This document shows, one piece after another, positions 17,892 to 27,542 of a stretch of DNA of 64,000 nucleotides. The notes below the pieces were generated by a model, which ran no database searches, had not been told where the DNA came from, and saw only the letters and a list, made by a program, of their open reading frames with translations. The stretch is from a virus (taxonomy: Duplodnaviria; Caudoviricetes). The stretch spans positions 96,001-160,000 of the IMG/VR virus record IMGVR_UViG_2597490325_000001; one strand, 5' to 3'. Position numbers and translations under genes: made by a program. Numbering within the stretch: position 1 is the stretch's first letter; every line of letters starts with the position of its first letter.

Positions 17892-19622
17892 ATGACAAAA
17901 CCGACAGTGACTAAACAGTTGATTTCGACTCAACTTGTTTATGACGAGAACTTTAATCCCAATCTAATAACGATTGAAAAAATTAAAGATCAAGTTACTG
18001 GTAAGATTAAAAAGAAGGCATCTTTCGATAGTGATCCTAAAATCACTTACTTCATAACTAAGCCGGAACATGAGCTTACTTATCCAGTAAAAGTAATCGA
18101 GAGAGATAAACTCATTCCAATCACGACTAGTTATAAAGATTTATTTAAATCTATAGCTAAAGCTCGTAAACGTATGAATGAGTACAACGAAGCTAAAAAT
18201 ACACGGAAACGTGGTAAATTTAGGTTCCTTCATAATGACTGTAACGTTTATGGTTCCGATGTAGATCTTGCAGATTATGCAATGATGGAATGGGAGAAAA
18301 ATACCCCTCCAGATGTACAAGATGCTTCATTACCTCTTGAAAAAGTCTTTTCAGATATCGAAGTTGACATTTATAATTACGAAGGCTTTCCAGTGGAAGA
18401 ACTTGCTCCCTGTGAGATTAACTTTGTATCATATGTCAACCCAAATAGAGGATCGTTAGTAAAAGTATGGGTGCTCTTTAATGAAGAGAACCATTCTATG
18501 GCAGAATTTATTGATAACTATGCAGATGGTAGCGCATTGTTATCTTCGGATGATAATGAATATGCTAAATACGTATTAGACGATTTTATCAATAATAATG
18601 ATACAGAAAAATTAAAATTTCATAAGTTTAAGACTCTCGAAATAGAATTCTTTGATGATGAGCTTGAACTAATCAAATCATATATGAATCAGGTTAAAAA
18701 AGATAAACCTGATTTTAATGCCTTATGGAATGCCCACTTCGATATTAGGACGTTCTATGAACGCATTCTTAAACTTGGCGGCGATCCAGTAGAAATCTTT
18801 TGTCCAGAAAATTTCCCCGTTAAAAAGTGTGAAATTCGTAAAGATGAAAGAGCTAAAGACGTAGCTGACCGTTCTCATACATTTGATATCAGCGGTTATA
18901 CACATTGGGTCGATTTACTTTACTTCTATGCAGCTAACCGTAAAGCTAAAGGTCAAAAGGAATCTTGGAAGTTACAGGATATTCTCTTGTCAGAGTTAGG
19001 AGAAGGTAAATTTGAATATGAAGGTGATATCAAAACTGCAGCATATGTGAATTTTGAATCATTCCTTAAATACTCAATTTACGACTCATATCGTATGTAT
19101 CAGCTTGAGACTAAATGTCGTGACATTGATGTGATGTATGCTAACTCACTAATGACATGTACACGTCTTAATAAAGTTCTTAAAAAGACCACTTCTATCA
19201 AGAATATTGCAAAAGTATTCTTGGAAAAAGAAGGATATATTCTCTCCAATAATCTTAATATATTTATTGAACGAGAGAAAAAGAAATTCCAAGGTGCTTT
19301 CGTACTCGATCCAACTATGATGCAAAAGGTGGGAACCTTCATCAACGGAAGGAGGACTGCGAATATATTTGAGGATACGATAGACGAAGACTTAAGTAGT
19401 ATGTATCCGTCAATTATTCTTGCATATGGTATCGATAACGAAACGCTTTTAGGTAAATTCCTTGTATTCCTAGATGAAGAAGAGGAAACCACAGATCCAT
19501 TGTTTGATTCATTCGGTGAAAAAATGATGGAAGATGATCCAGAAATTATTGCAACCACATATTTTAACCTCAAGCCAGCAGCTTATTATTTAGAGAGGTT
19601 AGATGATTTTATAGAGAAATAG
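17892..19622 (+). CDS. Family B DNA polymerase, N-terminal subunit (3'-5' exonuclease + motif A)
   Basis: ExoI DIEVD, ExoII WNAHFD, ExoIII YSIYD, then FQGAFV and DLSSMYPSII. Confidence 0.88.
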   Translation: MTKPTVTKQLISTQLVYDENFNPNLITIEKIKDQVTGKIKKKASFDSDPKITYFITKPEHELTYPVKVIERDKLIPITTSYKDLFKSIAKARKRMNEYNEAKNTRKRGKFRFLHNDCNVYGSDVDLADYAMMEWEKNTPPDVQDASLPLEKVFSDIEVDIYNYEGFPVEELAPCEINFVSYVNPNRGSLVKVWVLFNEENHSMAEFIDNYADGSALLSSDDNEYAKYVLDDFINNNDTEKLKFHKFKTLEIEFFDDELELIKSYMNQVKKDKPDFNALWNAHFDIRTFYERILKLGGDPVEIFCPENFPVKKCEIRKDERAKDVADRSHTFDISGYTHWVDLLYFYAANRKAKGQKESWKLQDILLSELGEGKFEYEGDIKTAAYVNFESFLKYSIYDSYRMYQLETKCRDIDVMYANSLMTCTRLNKVLKKTTSIKNIAKVFLEKEGYILSNNLNIFIEREKKKFQGAFVLDPTMMQKVGTFINGRRTANIFEDTIDEDLSSMYPSIILAYGIDNETLLGKFLVFLDEEEETTDPLFDSFGEKMMEDDPEIIATTYFNLKPAAYYLERLDDFIEK

Positions 19623-19623
19623 T

Positions 19624-21309
19624 ATGGAACAAGATAAAGTGTATAAACTCTTTATCGGGAGAACGGAAGAAAAAGTAAAACGATTTAATTTTACTTTATT
19701 AAAGGTGGAAGAAATTCCACCTACTCCTGGAAAGAAAGACTTAGCGTCAAAGCATCTTTTAACTGTTAAATGTGATAAAGATCATATTACACAAGTTAAA
19801 GCCTGTAATTTTAAAGGTAAATGCCTAATCTGTTCTGGTAAGAACCAGAAAACTACGGAGCAATTTGCTAAAGAAGTTGATGATATAACTAATGGAGAAT
19901 ATAAATTAGTCAGTGATTATATTAATAAATCTACTAAAGTTGATATAAGCCATTTAGAATGTAATAGGGCTTTTAAAGTAACCCCTAATGATTTTTTGAA
20001 TAAAAGTAATAGATGTCCTTTCTGCAATACTAATAGAACTAAACAGTATTCTAAAGATGATATGGTTCTAGCTACAATAGACACTGTATCTGAGTATTTC
20101 AATTTAAATGTCATAGATGAGACTGATGATTATTGGATTGGAAGAGATTTATTAAATGATATCCAATTAATCTTTAAGAAGAAATATATCTCTCAATTAG
20201 CTATCCGTTCTAAAAATCAGCGACCTGTAACCAAATATGAGTTTGCAGATATATTAGAGAAAGATGGGTATGAATTTGTAGATATTAATAGCATTCCTAC
20301 ACTAATAGGTGACAAAGAGAAATATTTAATTAGACATAAAGATTGTGACCATGAATACTCTGTAAGATATAATCACTTCTATATCAATGAAAGGCGTTGC
20401 CCTAAATGCTCTAAAGGTAGAAAATTCTCTAATGGTGAAAAAGAAATATTATCATTTATTGAATCATTAGGTATAGAGTGTATTCCAAATTACAGACCTA
20501 AAGGTAAGGGTAAAGAATTAGATATTTTTATACCTAGTATTTCTTTAGGTATTGAGTATAATGGTCAGTATTGGCATTCTGAAAGAATGTCTAGTGATAA
20601 ATTAAATTTATTTAAGAAGACTGAATATTTTGCAGAGAATGGAATACGTACAATTCATATTCTTTCTAGCGAATGGGCTTCTAAATCTGAGATAGTAAAA
20701 AGTCGTATTAGATATTTGGTTGGAAAAATAGATATAAGAATTCCTGCTAGGAAAACTATCTTTAAAGAAATACCATCTAAAACGGCCAACAACTTCCTAG
20801 AAGCTAACCATATTCAAGGTAAAGATAGAAATATTTTTAAATCTTATGGGTTATTCTATAATAATGGCCTTGTATCAGTTATAACATATAATAAGCCTAG
20901 GATTATAACTAATAATAAAAATGATGGTAAAAGCTTAGAGATTGGTAGATTTGCTAGCATTTTAAATACTAATGTGATTTCAGGGTTTTCCAAATTACTT
21001 AAAAACTCATTAGAACGGTTAATGGATGAATATACATTTATTTATACATACGCTGATATGCGTTGGTCTACTGGAGGGGTATATGATGCCAGTGGATTTG
21101 ATTTTGATTCTGTAACTAAACCGTCATATTACTATTTTAGAAATGATAGTGAATTATTCCATCGCTCTAACTTTATGAAGCATAAGTTGGTAGGTAAGCT
21201 AGAGAAATTTGATGAAAATTTATCTGAATACCAGAATATGCTTAATAACGGCTATGATAGAATTTGGGATTGTGGTAATTTAAAATACATTCTAAATTTA
21301 GATGATTAG
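19624..21309 (+). CDS. Free-standing putative homing endonuclease (zinc fingers + PD-(D/E)xK + Hef/GNAT-like C-terminus)
   Basis: H..C....F.......RCP.C repeats, ELDIFIP....GIEYNGQYWH, EIGRFAS..GFSKLL..TYADMRWSTGGVY; same architecture as 2604..4361. Confidence 0.75.
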   Translation: MEQDKVYKLFIGRTEEKVKRFNFTLLKVEEIPPTPGKKDLASKHLLTVKCDKDHITQVKACNFKGKCLICSGKNQKTTEQFAKEVDDITNGEYKLVSDYINKSTKVDISHLECNRAFKVTPNDFLNKSNRCPFCNTNRTKQYSKDDMVLATIDTVSEYFNLNVIDETDDYWIGRDLLNDIQLIFKKKYISQLAIRSKNQRPVTKYEFADILEKDGYEFVDINSIPTLIGDKEKYLIRHKDCDHEYSVRYNHFYINERRCPKCSKGRKFSNGEKEILSFIESLGIECIPNYRPKGKGKELDIFIPSISLGIEYNGQYWHSERMSSDKLNLFKKTEYFAENGIRTIHILSSEWASKSEIVKSRIRYLVGKIDIRIPARKTIFKEIPSKTANNFLEANHIQGKDRNIFKSYGLFYNNGLVSVITYNKPRIITNNKNDGKSLEIGRFASILNTNVISGFSKLLKNSLERLMDEYTFIYTYADMRWSTGGVYDASGFDFDSVTKPSYYYFRNDSELFHRSNFMKHKLVGKLEKFDENLSEYQNMLNNGYDRIWDCGNLKYILNLDD

Positions 21310-21319
21310 GAGATTGAAA

Positions 21320-21505
21320 ATGACTTATTTTGACATTACTGATGATATGATCTATGCGGCTGAACAGGAATTACTTAATACTCCTGGAGAAGGAATCATT
21401 GATGAATCACTTGCTCAGTCAAATGTATTTCGATTCATTAAAGCTGCATTGGAAGCAGCTAATGTTCAAGTAGTTGATTGCCGTATATCAACTTCTGACA
21501 ATTAA
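21320..21505 (+). CDS. Small hypothetical protein
   Basis: ATG at 21320 (MTYF) after AGGAG RBS. Confidence 0.6.
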   Translation: MTYFDITDDMIYAAEQELLNTPGEGIIDESLAQSNVFRFIKAALEAANVQVVDCRISTSDN

Positions 21506-21527
21506 TGTGTTTAGTTATGATTCATTG

Positions 21528-21543
21528 ATATATAATTTTATTG
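21528..21543 (+). promoter_or_regulatory. Early-type promoter motif
   Basis: ATATATAAT-TTTATT-G. Confidence 0.55.
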
Positions 21544-21570
21544 TATCTTCTATATAAGGTTAATTAATAA

Positions 21571-22404
21571 ATGAAAGAAGATCTAGAGGATTATATAAAT
21601 AGAATAATAAATAAATCCGAAATTCCTATATATGGAATAACTATATGTGAAAGAGGTAAAGAAGTAGATACATTTTCTATTTCTAATGGTAAAGAAAAAA
21701 TCATCCGTAACTTTAAAATATACGATACTGATTATGGTACCGTTATGGAAAAAGTGGTTGACGGTAAATTAGGTAACGGTTTAGTTCTTCCAACCATGCC
21801 TCATGGCTACGTTATTTATAAACGTGCTAGAAAATCTCATATAGGTGGAGGTAGAGTAATTAGGGTTAATAAAGCATTTATCCGACTGTTTTTTAGTTCA
21901 GATATTTGTTTCCTATCCGGTGGTAGACGTTATCAGATAGAAGAAGCTGATCTTCGATTTAAGGAAAAGGTTAAGATGGCTAAGAAGGTCAAAGATATAA
22001 AGAAGGTAATGAAAGAACATGAAAATGCTACGCTACCTTTAAAAGTAAGAACTCTTTTAGAATTAATTGAAGAGCAGTTTACTGTAGAGCGAGCCGAGGT
22101 TTTCAATAAATTAAATATTAAGATTCAAGACGCAATATTCAATATTAGTAGTATTAAATCTGCAAGAAAACTTCTTGAAGAAGCATATACTATTAAACGT
22201 AGAAATTTATGGTTTGAAACTATAGATTTTGCAATTAAAGCTTTGGAAAAGAAAAGAGATAATATATTTGATAATATTATGAATGGCTTTGATTCTCCAA
22301 AGTATCCAAAGAAACTCACTCAAATTAATGAACGTTTATCATTAGTTAAAGAGTTGATGGAAAAAGTTAAAGAAGACAACCAAAATAATCTTAATTCATA
22401 TTAA
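21571..22404 (+). CDS. Hypothetical protein
   Basis: 277 aa basic protein. Confidence 0.7.
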   Translation: MKEDLEDYINRIINKSEIPIYGITICERGKEVDTFSISNGKEKIIRNFKIYDTDYGTVMEKVVDGKLGNGLVLPTMPHGYVIYKRARKSHIGGGRVIRVNKAFIRLFFSSDICFLSGGRRYQIEEADLRFKEKVKMAKKVKDIKKVMKEHENATLPLKVRTLLELIEEQFTVERAEVFNKLNIKIQDAIFNISSIKSARKLLEEAYTIKRRNLWFETIDFAIKALEKKRDNIFDNIMNGFDSPKYPKKLTQINERLSLVKELMEKVKEDNQNNLNSY

Positions 22405-22418
22405 TAAGGAAATAGTAA

Positions 22419-23198
22419 ATGTTTAATAACATCCCTCCTATCATTAAAATTGTTGGTAACTCTGAAACTCTCCAAGCTTTACGTGAAAAGCTTGCAACTT
22501 TTACTCCTGAACAAATTGAAGAAACCTTCCGTGGTGGCTACAGCGATAATGATTTCTTTAATCGTATTATTAATGAAGCTCGTAATAAAGATAAGAAACC
22601 TTCAGTTTTTGAAGATATTCTTACTGATCTTATTATTAAGGCTACTAAGAAAAAAGCTGAAACACCTAAGCCTACTGAAGAAGTACCTGAAGAAGTTCGT
22701 ATTGATCTTTTGAATATGTCTTCTGAAGATATTCAAAATCTTTCTAAAGAAGACCTTGAAAATATTCTTAAGTCTCTTGATGCTTATCATCATCGTATTC
22801 AATCTAGCCGTGACATGGTTTGGAATACAATTATGTTGCGTGAGCAAGAAGCTCATAATAGTCTGACTGAAATCAAATCAAATCTAAAAGATTTCATCCA
22901 GATTGTAAACTCTCTCGCTACTGATGTTAAAATTCAGCTTCCAGAAATAGATAAGGCTAAAAGTGTAGTTACTTGGATTATTAGTGATCGTTTACTAGTA
23001 ATTGAACAGAAAACTAAACAAGTTTTGAATGGTGCAAAAACAGTTGCTAAAGCTATTCAAAATGGTGACATGATTTGTGATAATCCAACTTTCTTCTCAG
23101 AGCAAGTTAAAGTTCTTGAAGATAAGATGCTTCGTATTGATCAAGCTAAACAGCTTGGTAAACAGCTTAACGAATTATTGTCTGCTGTAGGCTATTAA
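22419..23198 (+). CDS. Hypothetical coiled-coil protein
   Basis: 259 aa, AAGGA RBS. Confidence 0.75.
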   Translation: MFNNIPPIIKIVGNSETLQALREKLATFTPEQIEETFRGGYSDNDFFNRIINEARNKDKKPSVFEDILTDLIIKATKKKAETPKPTEEVPEEVRIDLLNMSSEDIQNLSKEDLENILKSLDAYHHRIQSSRDMVWNTIMLREQEAHNSLTEIKSNLKDFIQIVNSLATDVKIQLPEIDKAKSVVTWIISDRLLVIEQKTKQVLNGAKTVAKAIQNGDMICDNPTFFSEQVKVLEDKMLRIDQAKQLGKQLNELLSAVGY

Positions 23199-23216
23199 GA
23201 TTTAAAAAACTAAAAA

Positions 23217-23245
23217 GTCTCTAACTCTGTAATAGGGTTAGAGAC
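23217..23245. terminator. Intergenic hairpin
   Basis: GTCTCTAACTCT-GTAAT-AGGGTTAGAGAC. Confidence 0.55.
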
Positions 23246-23262
23246 CTTAAGGATTATTTTTT

Positions 23263-24006
23263 ATGGCTAAAGAACAAGACCCGATAAATGTAACTTTTTT
23301 AAAAGAGTTATATATCGTTAATCAGACAATGAAAATAACTGGTCGCTATTTTTATGATTTCCCCAACCAAAGATTCATTGGTAGGATAGATAATCGTTAT
23401 TTTTCATTAGTCCATGATACCTTCAATGAACTTATTGAAAAAATTGGAATACAGTATAGTTTTGCCATTAATGGTAAAGAATTCTTCGATATCTTTAAAG
23501 AGTGCAAGAAACCATCTTTTAATGTAAAGCATTGTGTTATCCGAACTGATGAAGGTGATTTGAGTCAACCTATTTATCGTCTTCATAAAAATAACTCAGG
23601 TGAATTTGAAGATAATAAATTCGCTAAAGATTTCGAAGATGAATCTAAAATAATTGAATTTGATATTGAGACTGTAGAAGGTATCAATCCTGTTGAAGAA
23701 GAGTTAACATTTCATGAAGTAATTCTTAATATCTATAAAGATAAAGAAACCTATTTCAGAAATATTGTCTTTAACAGAAAAAACAAAAGTATAGTACTCA
23801 AGAAGTTCGATGAACCATTGGAAAAGAGAATATTTTTGACAACGGATCAGAAGACTTTCCTTAAATATAAAACTTTGAAGAAAAACCTTCCTCATGAGTA
23901 TATGAAAGCGGCTGTAGATACTTCTAATTACGAATATCTCAGACTTGAGTACGGAAATGATATATGGCATTTCCAAATAGAAATGAACGGAATATTTAAA
24001 TATTAA
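23263..24006 (+). CDS. Hypothetical protein
   Basis: 247 aa, AAGGA RBS. Confidence 0.7.
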   Translation: MAKEQDPINVTFLKELYIVNQTMKITGRYFYDFPNQRFIGRIDNRYFSLVHDTFNELIEKIGIQYSFAINGKEFFDIFKECKKPSFNVKHCVIRTDEGDLSQPIYRLHKNNSGEFEDNKFAKDFEDESKIIEFDIETVEGINPVEEELTFHEVILNIYKDKETYFRNIVFNRKNKSIVLKKFDEPLEKRIFLTTDQKTFLKYKTLKKNLPHEYMKAAVDTSNYEYLRLEYGNDIWHFQIEMNGIFKY

Positions 24007-24026
24007 ATTTAAATCAAAATATGGTC

Positions 24027-24042
24027 ATATATTATTTATATG
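24027..24042 (+). promoter_or_regulatory. Early-type promoter motif
   Basis: ATATATTAT-TTATAT-G. Confidence 0.65.
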
Positions 24043-24094
24043 ACGAATTAAACTTAATTCCGTTGTAAACAATACAAATAAAGGATAAGCTATA

Positions 24095-25000
24095 ATGGCT
24101 CAGCAACAAAAAGGTAAAGGCGGAAACAACCGTCGTCAAAACAGTACTTATTCTTCTGCTAACTTCTCATCTTATGATGAACAAGTTTCTTCTTTGTCTT
24201 TCTCCTATGCCAATGAAGGATCTTTTATTGAAGTAGCACCAATCATTCCTACTATGATTGGTAAAACACCAAAACAAGGCGAGAAAGTATACGATTATGA
24301 TAATCGTGTTAGTACTTTCATTTCTCCACAACACGCAGTACTTCTGCGTCGTGCATTGAATAATCTTCTTGAGCTTATTGAAGCTGATGAAGAAATTCCA
24401 GCTAAAACTGAAGTAATGGTTCCAACTGGCCAAGGTATTCGTCGTATTACTATTATTGCTCCAGGCCGTGTTTCACTTAAAATTAAAGGTAAGAAAACCA
24501 GCTTCCCTGACAACTTTATGCTGAAACTGGAAACTAAGAAATCTGATGATGAGACTATGCTAGCTTATCATATTCTACAGAATAGTACTGTAAGTTATAT
24601 CTCTGGTGAAGAGACTAGCGAAGAAGTAGTTGAGCATGATATGATTATGCTCATGGAATTCTGTGAAATGGCTATCGAACTTAGCCTTGGTAAAGTTCGT
24701 CATACTGCATCTATGACTCGTAATCTGGTTAATGCCAACCAATCCTCTTCCTCTAATGGTAGTAAGAAAGGTAGTGCATTCAATAGTATGGATGACGACG
24801 ATGATGGCGAAGATGATGAAGATTATGATGATAACGAGACTGAAGAGGAAGAAACCACTTCCAGAAAGTCTAAGAAATCTTCTAGTGGTAAATCTGCTAA
24901 ACAATCACCTGCTAAGAAAACTCGTAAGAGTATCTCTTCTGAAATGGAAGATGATGACGACGGTGAAGACACCGATTACGATGATGATATCCCGATGTAA
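24095..25000 (+). CDS. Putative single-stranded DNA-binding protein
   Basis: Folded N-domain, long acidic/low-complexity linker, ends DYDDDIPM (cf. bacterial SSB DFDDDIPF). Confidence 0.55.
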   Translation: MAQQQKGKGGNNRRQNSTYSSANFSSYDEQVSSLSFSYANEGSFIEVAPIIPTMIGKTPKQGEKVYDYDNRVSTFISPQHAVLLRRALNNLLELIEADEEIPAKTEVMVPTGQGIRRITIIAPGRVSLKIKGKKTSFPDNFMLKLETKKSDDETMLAYHILQNSTVSYISGEETSEEVVEHDMIMLMEFCEMAIELSLGKVRHTASMTRNLVNANQSSSSNGSKKGSAFNSMDDDDDGEDDEDYDDNETEEEETTSRKSKKSSSGKSAKQSPAKKTRKSISSEMEDDDDGEDTDYDDDIPM

Positions 25001-25024
25001 TTAGAGTTAATACTCTTTAAATTT

Positions 25025-25052
25025 CCCCCTATAGGTAAAAGCCTATAGGGGG
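25025..25052 (+). terminator. Intergenic hairpin (family-related)
   Basis: CCCCCTATAGGT-AAAA-GCCTATAGGGGG then T-rich. Confidence 0.75.
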
Positions 25053-25087
25053 TTTATACTTTTTTATTATAACTAACAAAGGCTAAT

Positions 25088-25966
25088 ATGGAAAATACTT
25101 TTATCAAAGAGAATACTGATGGGTCTATGATAATTAACCCATTCTCAAGCAAACATGTAGTTCGTGATAGTATGTTTGTTAATTCTCTTCCAAGTTCAAC
25201 TGTTAATAATGGAAATCGTTTTTCAGCTGTATTTGATTGTGACGAAGTTCTAGTAAATATCTCTGATAAATGGGCTAGAAAAATGCTAGCCGTACCAGAA
25301 CTTAAGAAGTTTATTCCAGATTCAATGATTCAAACCATTAATATGGGTGTAATGAACTTACGTATTGTTAACTTCATTGATCGACTTCTTGGAATTGAAT
25401 TTGGTAGTAAAGAGTATGAAATCTTTATGTCTCTTTACAAGGATGATCCAACTTTTTATGATGATTTACCACCATCACCATTCCTTAACTCGGTAAAACG
25501 TACCATTAATTTCTATGATGAAATTCATATTCTTACTAAGATGCCTACTGATGAAGAATCACACGTAGTAGATGCTAGTAAGCAGAGATTTCTGGTAAAT
25601 CATTTATTACCTCTTAAGAAAGAGAATCCTAGTCTAAAAATTAATATTCTTTTCTTGAAAGCAAATGAAAAGAAATCTGATGCGATTTTAGAACAAAAGA
25701 TCAAATTTAATACATTCGCTGATGATTCAACAGAAAATATTGTAGATGTGGTCAGTAATGTTACTAACCGTAGTTATGAAGTACTCGTTCCAATGTACGG
25801 CTATAACTATAAGTCTTTAGAAGAAATTCATAAGATTGAGAATAGAACTGCTCACTCTTTTGCATTTATGTATAATTTCGATTCACCACATATGAATCCT
25901 GATTTGTTAAAAAATACTATGTTTAAACTGTTTCATGAAAATGAAGCAGAACCTAATATTAGTTAA
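25088..25966 (+). CDS. HAD-superfamily 5'(3')-deoxyribonucleotidase-like protein
   Basis: FDCDEVL (motif I), FYDDLP, ILT (motif II), SK (motif III), FADDS..N (motif IV), YGYN. Confidence 0.65.
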   Translation: MENTFIKENTDGSMIINPFSSKHVVRDSMFVNSLPSSTVNNGNRFSAVFDCDEVLVNISDKWARKMLAVPELKKFIPDSMIQTINMGVMNLRIVNFIDRLLGIEFGSKEYEIFMSLYKDDPTFYDDLPPSPFLNSVKRTINFYDEIHILTKMPTDEESHVVDASKQRFLVNHLLPLKKENPSLKINILFLKANEKKSDAILEQKIKFNTFADDSTENIVDVVSNVTNRSYEVLVPMYGYNYKSLEEIHKIENRTAHSFAFMYNFDSPHMNPDLLKNTMFKLFHENEAEPNIS

Positions 25967-25973
25967 TTAATAA

Positions 25974-25999
25974 AAATGGTACTCCTAAGAGTACCATTT
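25974..25999 (+). terminator. Rho-independent terminator-like hairpin
   Basis: AAATGGTACTC-CTAA-GAGTACCATTT followed by T9. Confidence 0.7.
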
Positions 26000-26026
26000 A
26001 ATTATTTTTTTTTCTTAGGAAATACC

Positions 26027-27436
26027 ATGAAACTAGATATCTATGATGTAGATAAATTCATAGAGGTGAATGGGATTAAAGAGGTAACTTCAGCATATGT
26101 ATTTGCAGCTGATGGCGCTCCTGATCCAGACGGCATCTTCTCTTATGATATTTTTGGAAGAGTAGGTTCTAATGATAGGAAGAATAACTTTGGCTACATA
26201 GACCTAAAAAGAAAATTCTTCCATCCATTGATTTACAACGCAGTGTTACAGATGTTCCGTAACTTACCGCTAGTCCTAGCTGGTGAAAAATATTGTATTG
26301 TCTCACCAAAAACTGGTGGAATTAAGATAGTACCTCCTGAAGAGGAAGGTGCTGAAACGGGTATAGATTTCTTCGTAGATAACTGGTCTAAAATCAAGTG
26401 GAACGTAAATGATTCCACTAGCAGAGAACGTAAAGAAGCTCTATTTGAAACCATACCGGAAGAGCTAATCTTTGTTGAAAAATGGCCTGTTCTACCAGCT
26501 TACTATAGGGATGTAAACTTCCATAGTAAAGAATCTGGTAAAGTAGATATGGATGAATTCAATACATTCTATATCAAATTGATTAACACCGTACAAAGCA
26601 ATTTAATTACCTTTACTGGTGCGTATGCTACTCAAAACAATGCTCAAACCATTATCGTAGATATTCATAACTATATATCTAAAAAGATTTCTGGTAAGGG
26701 TGGTATTATCCGTAAAGCTATTATGGGTAAAACTGTTGACTATGCAATTACCAACGTTATTTCAGCACCTCGTTTTAATGCCGAATTTTATAAAGATCAG
26801 ATGATACCATATAACTACATTGGTGTACCTTTGTATAACGTATGTGCATTATTCTTCCCACTGATCGTCAACCAATTAGAGAATATGTTTTATGACATTG
26901 CTCAGTCTACAGAATTCTTTTTAACTTATGATGAAAAAACTGGTGAAGCTAAGTATGCTGAAACTGGAGCTATGGTAACTGAAAAACTTAATAGTGAGTC
27001 TTTAAGAAAATTAGTTGCCACATTCATTAAAGATAAAACTAAGTCTATTCGTACTGCTAGATTCAATCTAGGTGAAGAGCATATGGTTATTTCTTCTCTA
27101 GAAAGAATGCTTGGTAGACCAGCTACTGTTACGGATATCTTATTTAATGCTGCAGCCGATGTGGTATTTAATAAACACGTATTAAGTACTCGTTTCCCTG
27201 TTACTGGTTCTGAATCTCTTATTATTAACCGAATTAAAATTCTTACTACTGAAGATACTGTAGATCTTTCCAATATTTCAGATCGTTTAACAGGTAGTTT
27301 AAAAGAATACTATAAAGCTTATCCACTGATTCCTTCAGCTAATGATGGTACTATCAGAAAAGATAAAGTTAAATGGATTGATACGGTTATCCCAAACAAC
27401 TCATTCCTTAAAGGCATGGGTGGTGACTTTGATGGT
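26027..27436 (+). CDS. Phage multisubunit RNA polymerase beta'-like subunit (catalytic), exon 1
   Basis: GYIDL...FHP, PVLP..YR, GKGGIIRKAIMGKTVDY, R.P, ends GGDFDG; ATG 26027 follows AGGA RBS. Confidence 0.9.
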
Positions 27437-27499
27437 AAATTTTGATAGTTTGTATATAGATTTCTAAAAAATGGGAGGTTCCTTAACCATAAAATAGTG

Positions 27500-27516
27500 A
27501 TATATTATTTAAATAG
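27500..27516 (+). promoter_or_regulatory. Early-type promoter motif inside intron
   Basis: ATATATTAT-TTAAAT-AG upstream of intron ORF. Confidence 0.5.
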
Positions 27517-27542
27517 TACTTATCTAATATAGAGAACTTTTT

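Noticed and set aside
25976-26026. N-terminal extension MVLLRVPFNYFFFLGNT of the RNAP ORF
   Set aside because: It is the terminator hairpin and T-run; RBS supports ATG 26027
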